Source of the DNA: an uncultured Anaerolineaceae bacterium
Lineage (GTDB): Bacteria; Chloroflexota; Anaerolineae; Anaerolineales; UBA4823
Reading direction: 5' to 3'
Length of the DNA: 31,465 nt
Assembly (NCBI GenBank): GCA_964629965.1
Contig: CAZVRZ010000061.1
Coordinates: forward strand, 1-31,465
Position 1 is the first letter of the stretch; every line of letters starts with the position of its first letter. The notes beneath the pieces were generated by a model. The model worked only from the letters and a program-made list of their open reading frames with translations. It was not told where the DNA came from and did no database searches. Positions 1 to 7,524 of the stretch are shown here, piece after piece. Position numbers and translations under genes: made by a program.

Positions 1-66
1 TTCGGCTTCTTGGCTGGGTTGATTTTAATCTCTTCTACTGCTTCGAAATCCCTTTTTATCTGATAT

Positions 67-113
67 TTGACAAGCCGGCATTTCTTTGTTAAACTGTATT
101 TGTCAGACAAATA
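67..113 (+). promoter_or_regulatory. sigma70-like promoter (-35 TTGACA 67-72, 17-bp spacer, -10 TTAAAC/TAAACT 90-95) with an overlapping perfect palindrome TATTTGTCAGACAAATA (97-113), a candidate GntR/HutC-type operator
   Basis: Read directly from the sequence: TTGACA-N17-TAAACT, then an 8-1-8 perfect inverted repeat containing a GTC-N-GAC core typical of GntR-family operators. It lies ~65 bp upstream of the first gene of an operon that encodes a GntR regulator. A related half-site ATATTTGACAAG overlaps the -35. Confidence 0.45.
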
Positions 114-177
114 ACAAACAACTGCATTCCTTTCAGAAAAACATAACCAGGCAATTGAATAAATTTCTGAATATACG

Positions 178-1566
178 ATGACTACCCAATTAATCCATCA
201 CGCGCAGTGTTTGGTAACCATGGATTGCCATCGCCGGGAGATTCCCGACGGTGGCGTTTTTATCCGCGATGGCTTTATCGAGCAGGTTGGTGCGAGCCCT
301 GAGCTGCCTGGAGTTGCGGACGAGATCTTGGATCTGTCCGGGCACGTGGTTTTGCCGGGCCTGGTCAATACACACCATCACTTTTATCAAACACTTACCC
401 GGGCAGTGCCTGCCGCTCAAAACGCCAATCTTTTTAACTGGCTGAAAACCTTATACCCTATTTGGGCCAGGTTAAGACCGGAAGACATCTTCGTTTCTAC
501 GCAGATCGCCCTGGCAGAAATGGCGCTTTCTGGCTGCACCACGGCTTCTGACCATTTGTATATTTATCCCAACGGTTCTCGGCTGGATGATGAGATCGAA
601 GCAGGGCGCGCCATGGGAATGCGCCTGCATGCCTCGCGTGGTTCGATGAGCCTGGGCGAGAGCCAGGGCGGGCTGCCGCCAGACGCGGTGGTTGAGAGCG
701 AAGCATTCATTCTCAAAGATTCCCAGCGCTTGATCGAAACGTACCACGATCCAAACCCGGGCGCAATGACCCAGATCGTGTTGGCGCCGTGTTCGCCTTT
801 TAGTGTCACTGCGCAGTTAATGCGCGCCAGTGCTTCTCTGGCGCGCGAGTATGGCGTACATCTCCATACTCACCTGGCAGAGACGCAAGATGAAGAAGTA
901 TTTTGCGAACAGAAATTCGGTTACCGTCCGGCGGCCTACATGGATGTGTTGAATTGGACCGGCTGCGATGTGTGGTTTGCCCACTCGGTTTATGCGAATA
1001 AGGAAGAGATTGCCTTATATGCCAGGACGGGCTGCGGTGTGGCGCATTGCCCTGCTTCAAACATGCGCCTGGCTTCGGGGATCGCTCCAATCCAGGATAT
1101 GTTATTGGCAGGTGTGAAAGTGGGTTTGGGCGTGGATGGTTCAGCCAGCAACGATGGTTCTAACCTGTTGGAAGAGACTCGCCTGGCTATGTTGGTCGCC
1201 CGCCTGCGCTCCGGTTTGTCGGGTGCGTCCTTGTCTGGTTCGGATGCATCTGCCCTGATGACAGCCCGCCAGGCCCTGGAGATTGCCACGCTCGGGGGAG
1301 CGGCAGTCCTGGGCCGCCAGGATATCGGTTCGTTGGAACCTGGCAAATGTGCGGATCTGTGTGCATTTCGCCTGGATCAGATCGAATATGCCGGCGCCCT
1401 GCATGATCCTGTGGCGGCATTGGTCTTTTGTGCGCCTGCGCGGGCAGCCTATACGATGGTGGGGGGAAGGTTTGTTGTGCGAGAAGGGCAGATCACCACC
1501 ATCGATCTTCCGGTTATGATCGAGCGTCACAACCGGGCTGCCAGGAGATTGGTCGCCGGAGAGTAA
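178..1566 (+). CDS. Metal-dependent amidohydrolase, COG0402 family (SsnA / 8-oxoguanine deaminase / AtzB-like chlorohydrolase-like)
   Basis: 462-aa ORF. N-terminal HxH metal-binding motif (LVNTHHHFYQTL), later HTHLAE and a GVDGSASND Asp motif typical of cytosine/guanine-deaminase-type amidohydrolases. Sits in a nucleobase-catabolism gene context. Confidence 0.75.
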   Translation: MTTQLIHHAQCLVTMDCHRREIPDGGVFIRDGFIEQVGASPELPGVADEILDLSGHVVLPGLVNTHHHFYQTLTRAVPAAQNANLFNWLKTLYPIWARLRPEDIFVSTQIALAEMALSGCTTASDHLYIYPNGSRLDDEIEAGRAMGMRLHASRGSMSLGESQGGLPPDAVVESEAFILKDSQRLIETYHDPNPGAMTQIVLAPCSPFSVTAQLMRASASLAREYGVHLHTHLAETQDEEVFCEQKFGYRPAAYMDVLNWTGCDVWFAHSVYANKEEIALYARTGCGVAHCPASNMRLASGIAPIQDMLLAGVKVGLGVDGSASNDGSNLLEETRLAMLVARLRSGLSGASLSGSDASALMTARQALEIATLGGAAVLGRQDIGSLEPGKCADLCAFRLDQIEYAGALHDPVAALVFCAPARAAYTMVGGRFVVREGQITTIDLPVMIERHNRAARRLVAGE

Positions 1567-1601
1567 GCGTAGAGGCTGGAGATATAAGGAAGGATTGGAT
1601 A

Positions 1602-3404
1602 GTGGAGTTCCATGCGGTAAATTCCCTGGTAAACGTAGCTATGGGACGCGAGCCGGCTGATTTGGTGATCCGCAACGGTAAATGGGCTTGCGTACAATCT
1701 GGCGAAGTTGTCGCCCAGACCGATATTGCTATCAAGGATGGACGCGTTGCCCTGGTTGCCTCTGATGCGAGGTATACAGTGGGAGATAAAACCCGGGTGA
1801 TCCAGGCCGATGGCCGTTATCTGGTTCCCGGCTTGTTGGATGCCCACATGCATGTTGAGTCGGGTATGCTTACCATCACTGAGTTTGTGAGGGCAGTGAT
1901 CCCCCATGGAACTACGGGCATGTTCATCGATCCGCATGAGATTGCCAATGTGTTCGGTCTACAGGGTGTGCGCCTGATGGTTGATGAGGCTCGCCACCAA
2001 CCGATCCACGTATGGGTGCAGGCTCCTTCGTGCGTGCCGTCTGCGCCCGGATTGGAAACTCCGGGGGCAGAGATCCGTCCCGAGGATGTGGCCGAGGCGT
2101 TGAGTTGGCCGGGGATCATTGGCCTGGGCGAAGTGATGAATTTTCCAGGTGTGGCTGCTAACGAAGCCTGGCTGCACCAGGAACTGGCTGCAACGCGCAA
2201 GGCCGGCAAGGTGATTGGCGGGCATTATGCTTCGCCGGACCTGGGTCGCCCTTTTGCCGGTTATGTGGCCGGCGGTGCCCAGGACGATCACGAAGGCACT
2301 CGCCTCGAAGATGCCGTTGCCCGCATTCGCCAGGGCATGAAGGTGATGATGCGCTTTGGCTCTGCCTGGCATGATGTGGCCGAGCAGGTGCGGGCCGTGA
2401 CAGAATTGGGCCTGGATCCCAGGCATTTCTTATTATGCACCGACGATTCGCATTCGTACACGTTGGTCAAAGAAGGTCATGTCAACCGTGCGCTGCGCGT
2501 GGCGATTGAGAGCGGTGTACCGCCGATGACTGCCCTGCAAATGGCTACTTTGAATACGGCTGAACATTTCCATGTCGACGGAGATATAGGCCAGATTGCC
2601 CCCGGGCGCTTTGCGGATATTCTGATCATGTCTGAATTGCCGGGAGTGGCGGCCAACCCGCCGGAGATGGTCATTGCAAAAGGAACCGTGATTGCCAAAT
2701 CTGGAAGGGTTTTGGTGGATCTGCAGACTTTTACTTATCCAGATTGGGTGCGGCAGTCTGTGCGGTTGGCTCGAGAAGTCAATACCGGCGATTTCCGCCT
2801 GGCAGTGAGCGGCGACCAGGCGCAGGTCTCTGCCAACGTGATCGGGATCATTGAAAACCAGGCTCCCAACCAGCGCCTGAGATATACTTTACCGGTGATG
2901 GAGGGGGAGGTGCAGGCAGATCTGCGCCAGGACATTGCTAAGATCGCTTTGCTTGACAGGCATCGGGGCGCCGGTGTGGTGCAGGTTGGCCTGGTGCACG
3001 GCTTCGGTTTCACGGTTCCATGCGCGGTTGGAACCACCGTGGCTCACGATTGCCACCAGATGGTAATCGTAGGGACGGATGACGGCTGCATGGCGATGGC
3101 TGCCAATGAGCTAAAACGCATTGGGGGCGGCCAGGTTGTGGTGAAAGAAGGCGAAGTGATTGGCAAGATCGAACTTCCCATCGCGGGGTTGATGTCTTCT
3201 GGCCGCGCCGAAGAAGTGGCCCGCCAGGCAGCTACCATCCTGGATGGATTCCGGCTGTGTGGCTGCTCATTGAATAACCCCAACATGCAGCTTAGTTTGA
3301 GTGCTTTACCGGTCATCCCTGACCTGCGCATCACAGACTTGGGTTTGGTGGATGTAAACCGGTTCTCATTGATCCCTGTAATAGAAAGTGAAAACATACC
3401 ATGA
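1602..3404 (+). CDS. Adenine deaminase family amidohydrolase (COG1001, Ade-like)
   Basis: ORF frame is open from 1428, but the likely start is GTG 1602, preceded by AGGAAGG (1586-1592). Translation has ADLVIRNGKW...DIAIKDGRV, then LLDAHMHVESGM (the HxH...E metal site of adenine deaminase) and a long C-terminal domain (~600 aa total), as in Ade. Substrate specificity is not provable from sequence. Confidence 0.7.
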   Translation: MEFHAVNSLVNVAMGREPADLVIRNGKWACVQSGEVVAQTDIAIKDGRVALVASDARYTVGDKTRVIQADGRYLVPGLLDAHMHVESGMLTITEFVRAVIPHGTTGMFIDPHEIANVFGLQGVRLMVDEARHQPIHVWVQAPSCVPSAPGLETPGAEIRPEDVAEALSWPGIIGLGEVMNFPGVAANEAWLHQELAATRKAGKVIGGHYASPDLGRPFAGYVAGGAQDDHEGTRLEDAVARIRQGMKVMMRFGSAWHDVAEQVRAVTELGLDPRHFLLCTDDSHSYTLVKEGHVNRALRVAIESGVPPMTALQMATLNTAEHFHVDGDIGQIAPGRFADILIMSELPGVAANPPEMVIAKGTVIAKSGRVLVDLQTFTYPDWVRQSVRLAREVNTGDFRLAVSGDQAQVSANVIGIIENQAPNQRLRYTLPVMEGEVQADLRQDIAKIALLDRHRGAGVVQVGLVHGFGFTVPCAVGTTVAHDCHQMVIVGTDDGCMAMAANELKRIGGGQVVVKEGEVIGKIELPIAGLMSSGRAEEVARQAATILDGFRLCGCSLNNPNMQLSLSALPVIPDLRITDLGLVDVNRFSLIPVIESENIP

Positions 3405-4138
3405 CAACGGCAAAAACACCCATCGCGTATAAGCTTTATGAAAATTTACGGCGTATGATCGCAGGACTGGAAACAGGCCAACGATTACCATCTGAGCCAG
3501 AACTGGCGCGCAAGTTAGGAGTTTCCCGGGCCACGCTGCGGGAGGCCATGCGCACATTTGAAACGCAAGGCGTGATCTACCGGCGCCAGGGCTCGGGGAC
3601 ATTTGTCTCGCGGCCGCCCCAGGTGATCCAGAGCGGCCTGGAGATGCTGGAAAGCATCGAGAGGTTGGCAGAACGGATTGGATTGCCGGTTTCCTTGGGA
3701 GAGAATATGGTCTCGCCGGACAATGCCAGCGAGGATGATGCTTTGGCTTTGGGCTGCCAGCCTGGCGATAAAGTGCTGCGGGTGTCGCGGGTCATCCTGG
3801 CGGAAGGGCATCCGGCGGCATACTTGATCGATGTTTTGCCCGGAGACGTTTTGGCTCCTGCCGAGTTGGAGAAGGGTTACAAAGGTTCGGTTTTAGATAT
3901 TATCCTGAAGCGCGGCTCGCCGGTATTGAGCTCCTCACGCTGCGAGATCAAAGCAACAACCGCCTCGCCGGACATTGCTCGGGCGATGGGAATCCAGCGC
4001 GGCGATGTGTTGCTGTGCTTTGTGGCATACCTGTACACCATTGAGGGGCGCGTGGTAGATTACTCTTACAGCTATTTCTTGCCGGGACATTTTCGTTTTC
4101 ATGTTGTCCGGCGAATTGAAACCGGCTATTCCGGTTGA
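3401..4138 (+). CDS. GntR family transcriptional regulator, HutC subfamily (wHTH + UTRA effector domain)
   Basis: N-terminal winged-HTH signature (RLPSEPELARKLGVSRATLREAMRTFETQGVIYRRQGSGTFV), ~245 aa with a C-terminal UTRA-like domain. Its ATG overlaps the stop of the upstream gene (ATGA coupling). Confidence 0.8.
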   Translation: MTTAKTPIAYKLYENLRRMIAGLETGQRLPSEPELARKLGVSRATLREAMRTFETQGVIYRRQGSGTFVSRPPQVIQSGLEMLESIERLAERIGLPVSLGENMVSPDNASEDDALALGCQPGDKVLRVSRVILAEGHPAAYLIDVLPGDVLAPAELEKGYKGSVLDIILKRGSPVLSSSRCEIKATTASPDIARAMGIQRGDVLLCFVAYLYTIEGRVVDYSYSYFLPGHFRFHVVRRIETGYSG

Positions 4139-4169
4139 TTGGTGAAGTGTTTGATGACTGAGTGGATTC

Positions 4170-4200
4170 CAGGGATTAATGATCCCTGTTCTCTAATTTC
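4170..4200 (+). terminator. Hairpin CAGGGAT-TAATG-ATCCCTG followed by a T-rich tract (TTCTCTAATTTC): possible intrinsic terminator or attenuator between the regulator gene and the carbamoyltransferase genes
   Basis: Perfect 7-bp stem with a 5-nt loop read from the sequence. The T-tract is imperfect and the stem short, so termination strength is uncertain. Confidence 0.35.
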
Positions 4201-4235
4201 AAAATCATGTAGTTTCAAACTTGGAGGATCAATTT

Positions 4236-5186
4236 ATGCGTAGTTTTATGGGACGTGATATTCTGTCGTTGAAAGAATTTGGTAGAGAAGATTACTATCG
4301 GGTGTTCGAAGTGGCAGACGACCTGGCGCCGATCGCCCGCAACCGCCGGAACAGCGACTTGTTGAAAGATAAGACCCTGGTTACCGCTTTTTATCAGCCC
4401 AGCACCCGCACCCGCCTGGCGCACGAGGCTGCCATGCATCGTTTGGGAGGGCATGTGCTGGGCTTTTCGGATGCCAAGATGACGCGCGCCGGCGATTTTT
4501 ACCAGGAATCGATCAAAGATACGGTGCGTATGTTGGAATTCTATGGCGATGTCTTGGTGATGCGCCATTTTCAGCAAGGAGCGCCCCATGAAGCGGCGCG
4601 TTGGTGCAGTATCCCGGTGATCAATGCCGGCGACGGTTGGGGAGAGCATCCCACCCAGGTACTGACGGATATGTACACAATCCTCAATGAGAAGGGCGGG
4701 CTGGATGGACTGAATTTCTTGTTGATTGGTGATATGCGCATGCGCACCATGCATAGTATCTCTTATGCCATGACCCAATTTGATATTAATGCGTTTTATG
4801 TGGCTCCTCCCGATATGCGCCTGACGGATGACTTCAAGCAGGAGCTCCGCTCGCTGAACCTGAATTTCAAGGAAATCGAGCATGTCGAAGAGGCCATTGC
4901 CGAGGCAGACGTCATCTATATGGAACCGGTGGTGCAGCCCGATTACACCAAATCCCGCGATGAGCGCACAGGGTCAGAAGGCCAGACTCCCGCGAATTAC
5001 AAGGTTACGAAAGAACTGCTGCGAAAAGCACGCCAGGATGCCATTGTGCTGCATTCACTGCCGCGCATGGACGAGCTGCCTGCGGAAGTAGATGACACCC
5101 GCCACCAGCGTTACTGGATCGAGGCGTTTAACGGCGTTGTGGTCCGCATGGCTTTATTGGCTCTGGTCTTAGGGGCGGTTGAGTGA
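4236..5186 (+). CDS. Carbamoyltransferase, aspartate-carbamoyltransferase-like (PyrB-like paralog; substrate uncertain)
   Basis: Start is ATG 4236 with GGAGGA 6 nt upstream. The ORF track's 4221 is an in-frame upstream TTG. STRTR carbamoyl-phosphate motif, HPTQ motif and a C-terminal HSLPR (ATCase-type HxLP) motif. N-terminus DILSLKEFGREDYYRVFEVADDL resembles PyrB. Confidence 0.8.
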   Translation: MRSFMGRDILSLKEFGREDYYRVFEVADDLAPIARNRRNSDLLKDKTLVTAFYQPSTRTRLAHEAAMHRLGGHVLGFSDAKMTRAGDFYQESIKDTVRMLEFYGDVLVMRHFQQGAPHEAARWCSIPVINAGDGWGEHPTQVLTDMYTILNEKGGLDGLNFLLIGDMRMRTMHSISYAMTQFDINAFYVAPPDMRLTDDFKQELRSLNLNFKEIEHVEEAIAEADVIYMEPVVQPDYTKSRDERTGSEGQTPANYKVTKELLRKARQDAIVLHSLPRMDELPAEVDDTRHQRYWIEAFNGVVVRMALLALVLGAVE

Positions 5187-5218
5187 GATGCTCACTATAG
5201 TTTTTCAAGGAGAAAACG

Positions 5219-6208
5219 ATGCAAACAGACCTTCGTAATCGAGATTTGATCGGCGACCTTGACTTTTCGAAAGAAGAAGTTGAAACGGTTTTGGAGGTGG
5301 CCTTTGACCTGAAGCGCAAGCGGGCCTTGGGCGAACCGCATGCTTATTTACGCGACAAGGTGCTGGCGATGTTGTTCTTCTTTAGCAGCACCCGCACGCG
5401 CGGCTCGTTCGAAGCGGGCATGGCGCAATTGGGCGGGCACGCGGCCTTTATCGAAAGCAAAACTACTCAGATTGCACATGGCGACACGCCGAAGGAAATC
5501 GGCGAGATCTTTGGACGGTATTACGATGGTATTGCCATCCGCCACTGCGATTGGGGCGTGGGCAATGGCTACCTGAACGCGGTTGCCAGGGCGGCACGGG
5601 TGCCGGTGCTCAATATGCAATGTGATATCTATCACCCTTTCCAATGCCTGGCTGACTTGATGACGATCATTGAGAAGAAGGGCCGCGATTTGCGGCGGAA
5701 AAAGATGGTTGTATCGTGGGCGTATGCGGCCTCGTACCAGAAGCCCATGTCGGTGCCGCAGAGCCTGATCCTGCAAATGCCGCGCTTTGGTCTGGATGTA
5801 GTGTTGGCGCACCCGCTCGAATTCCGCCTAATGCCTGACATTATGGACCAGGCCCGCGAGCAAGCGCGCAAGTACGGTACGGGCTTTGAAGTGATCTCGG
5901 ATCCGGATGGTATGGAAAAAGCTTTTAAGGATGCCGATATCGTTTATGCCAAGTCCTGGGGCGCGATGGTACATACGCCCGACTCGGATGAAGGCGCCAG
6001 GATCATCAAGAAATATGAAAGCTGGATCACAGATGAGCGCAAAATGGCCGCGGCGAAAACAGATGCTATTTACATGCACCCGCTGCCGGCGGATCGCAAC
6101 ATTGAAGTAACCGATGCAGTGATCGACGGGCCTCATTCTGTGGTCTATGATGAAGCTGAGAATCGTATGCACGCTCAAAAAGCTGTCATGGCTTTGACCA
6201 TGCGCTAA
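5219..6208 (+). CDS. Carbamoyltransferase, OTCase-like fold with atypical motifs (HPFQ, HPLP instead of HCLP); unknown specificity
   Basis: AAGGAG sits 8 nt upstream of ATG 5219. SSTRTRGSFE carbamoyl-phosphate motif, HPFQCLADL and C-terminal MHPLPADR. The N-terminal DLIGDLDFSKEEVETVLEVAFDLKRKRA resembles OTC/PTC-type enzymes, but the second-substrate motif is non-canonical. Confidence 0.8.
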   Translation: MQTDLRNRDLIGDLDFSKEEVETVLEVAFDLKRKRALGEPHAYLRDKVLAMLFFFSSTRTRGSFEAGMAQLGGHAAFIESKTTQIAHGDTPKEIGEIFGRYYDGIAIRHCDWGVGNGYLNAVARAARVPVLNMQCDIYHPFQCLADLMTIIEKKGRDLRRKKMVVSWAYAASYQKPMSVPQSLILQMPRFGLDVVLAHPLEFRLMPDIMDQAREQARKYGTGFEVISDPDGMEKAFKDADIVYAKSWGAMVHTPDSDEGARIIKKYESWITDERKMAAAKTDAIYMHPLPADRNIEVTDAVIDGPHSVVYDEAENRMHAQKAVMALTMR

Positions 6209-6219
6209 AGGAGTGAAAT

Positions 6220-7185
6220 ATGTCCGAACAGGCGCGTAAATTTGCGGTAGTGGCTATCGGTGGCAATTCTTTGATCAAGGATAAGCAGCACCAGACGGTG
6301 GAAGATCAATACACGGCTTCTAAAGAAACCACATTTTACATCGCGGATATGATCGAAGCCGGCTGGGATGTTGCTGTCACCCATGGGAATGGCCCACAGG
6401 TGGGTTTTATCCTGCGGCGATCAGAGATTGCTTACCGGGTAGAGGGGATGCACGAAATCCCCCTGGATGTTTGCGGTGCGGACAGCCAGGGAGCGATTGG
6501 TTATGCCTTGCAACAAACCCTGCAGAACGAGCTTTACCGGCGGGGCATCAAGAAAAATGTGGCGACGGTCATAACCCAGGTATTGGTAGATCGAGATGAT
6601 CCGGCATTTAAGAACCCCACCAAACCGATCGGCGGCTTTATGGACCAGGCCGAGGCGCAGCGCCGTGCCAAGGAAATGGATTGGGCGGTCGTTGAAGACG
6701 CCGGCCGCGGCTGGCGGCGTGTGGTGGCCTCTCCGCAGCCCAAAGAAGTCGTTGAGCTGGATACGGTGAAAGCTTTGCTGCAGAGCGGCGTGGTGGCAAT
6801 TGCCGCCGGCGGTGGGGGCATCCCGGTCATTGACGTCGGCGAGGGCGAGTATCGTGGCACGGCTGCGGTGATCGATAAAGACTTTGCCAGTTCCCTGCTG
6901 GCCCAGGCGATCAGAGCCGATCTTTTCCTCATCTCCACTGCGGTGGAGAAGGTGGCGATCCATTTTGGATCGCCACAGCAGCAGTGGTTGGATCGAATCA
7001 CACTGGCGCAAGCTAAGCAGTACCTGGCAGAGGGCATCCATTTTGCCAAGGGTTCCATGGCGCCGAAGATCGAAGCGATCATCTGGTTCTTGGAAGCAGG
7101 TGGAAAGCAAGCCTTGATCACCAATCCCCCCAACATCAGCAAAGCATTGCGCGGCGAGACGGGTACCTGGATCGTTAATGAGTAG
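6220..7185 (+). CDS. arcC: Carbamate kinase
   Basis: AAGGAG RBS. VVAIGGNSL N-terminal motif and THGNGPQVG motif characteristic of carbamate kinase (amino-acid kinase family). 321 aa. Confidence 0.85.
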   Translation: MSEQARKFAVVAIGGNSLIKDKQHQTVEDQYTASKETTFYIADMIEAGWDVAVTHGNGPQVGFILRRSEIAYRVEGMHEIPLDVCGADSQGAIGYALQQTLQNELYRRGIKKNVATVITQVLVDRDDPAFKNPTKPIGGFMDQAEAQRRAKEMDWAVVEDAGRGWRRVVASPQPKEVVELDTVKALLQSGVVAIAAGGGGIPVIDVGEGEYRGTAAVIDKDFASSLLAQAIRADLFLISTAVEKVAIHFGSPQQQWLDRITLAQAKQYLAEGIHFAKGSMAPKIEAIIWFLEAGGKQALITNPPNISKALRGETGTWIVNE

Positions 7186-7242
7186 AGGTAATTATTTTAT
7201 AAGTAGTATAGACAATCTCGTCCGAAGGGTGTATCCTTGTAC

Positions 7243-7373
7243 ATTGTGCATGGTAGATGCTGTGTGATTGGCCGAAAATTATTTAACTAAATAGATGCGT
7301 AAAATCGGCCAATCACTTGAGCAAACCGCTATGTTGGCTGTAAAGTTGTTCAAAAACATTTAGCGATTTGCTA
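7243..7373. repeat. Copy 1 of a ~125-bp structured repeat: two tandem hairpins (GTGATTGGCCGA-29nt-TCGGCCAATCAC; AGCAAACCGCTA-30nt-TAGCGATTTGCT)
   Basis: ~92% identical to 24016-24143. The perfect 12-bp inverted repeat was read directly. Located in the 340-bp intergenic region upstream of the BMP/ABC transporter operon. Confidence 0.8.
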
Positions 7374-7524
7374 ACATGTATGGAGCGCTATAGAGAGGCT
7401 CTGCCCCGGAGGCGTTTTCACGAAAGGAGGTGCCCTCAACCTGTTTGCCGTTTTGCATTGATGGAGAATGCTAGAAATGTCTGGTTTGAATCGACCAATT
7501 TAGATCATCTTGATGGAGGAGTAA

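Noticed and set aside
4215-4883. 222-aa minus-strand ORF antisense to the ATCase-like gene. The same applies to other long antisense ORFs: 6421-7110, 17501-18217, 21048-21752, 25253-25939, 29715-30350 and 30873-31424.
   Set aside because: All lie entirely inside strongly motif-supported + strand genes in high-GC DNA where stop-free antisense frames are expected. They have no RBS and no recognisable motifs.
4236-5186. CT1 as the housekeeping pyrB of this genome
   Set aside because: Not fully excluded. It is disfavoured because there are no pyrI/pyrC/pyrR/carAB neighbours, and because it is sandwiched by an RBS-coupled second transcarbamylase and a carbamate kinase downstream of catabolic amidohydrolases. 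Needs phylogeny to settle.
5219-7185. Interpretation of CT2 + carbamate kinase as the arginine deiminase pathway (arcB/arcC)
   Set aside because: No arginine deiminase or arginine/ornithine antiporter gene is present. CT2 lacks the OTCase HCLP motif (it has HPLP) and has HPFQ instead of the usual OTC second-substrate motif. The neighbours are purine-type amidohydrolases and a nucleoside importer.
7186-7524. Searched the long leader upstream of the BMP transporter for a purine, ZTP or preQ1 riboswitch
   Set aside because: No match by eye to the purine riboswitch junction consensus or other nucleobase-sensing riboswitch cores. The region is instead explained by the twin-hairpin repeat.
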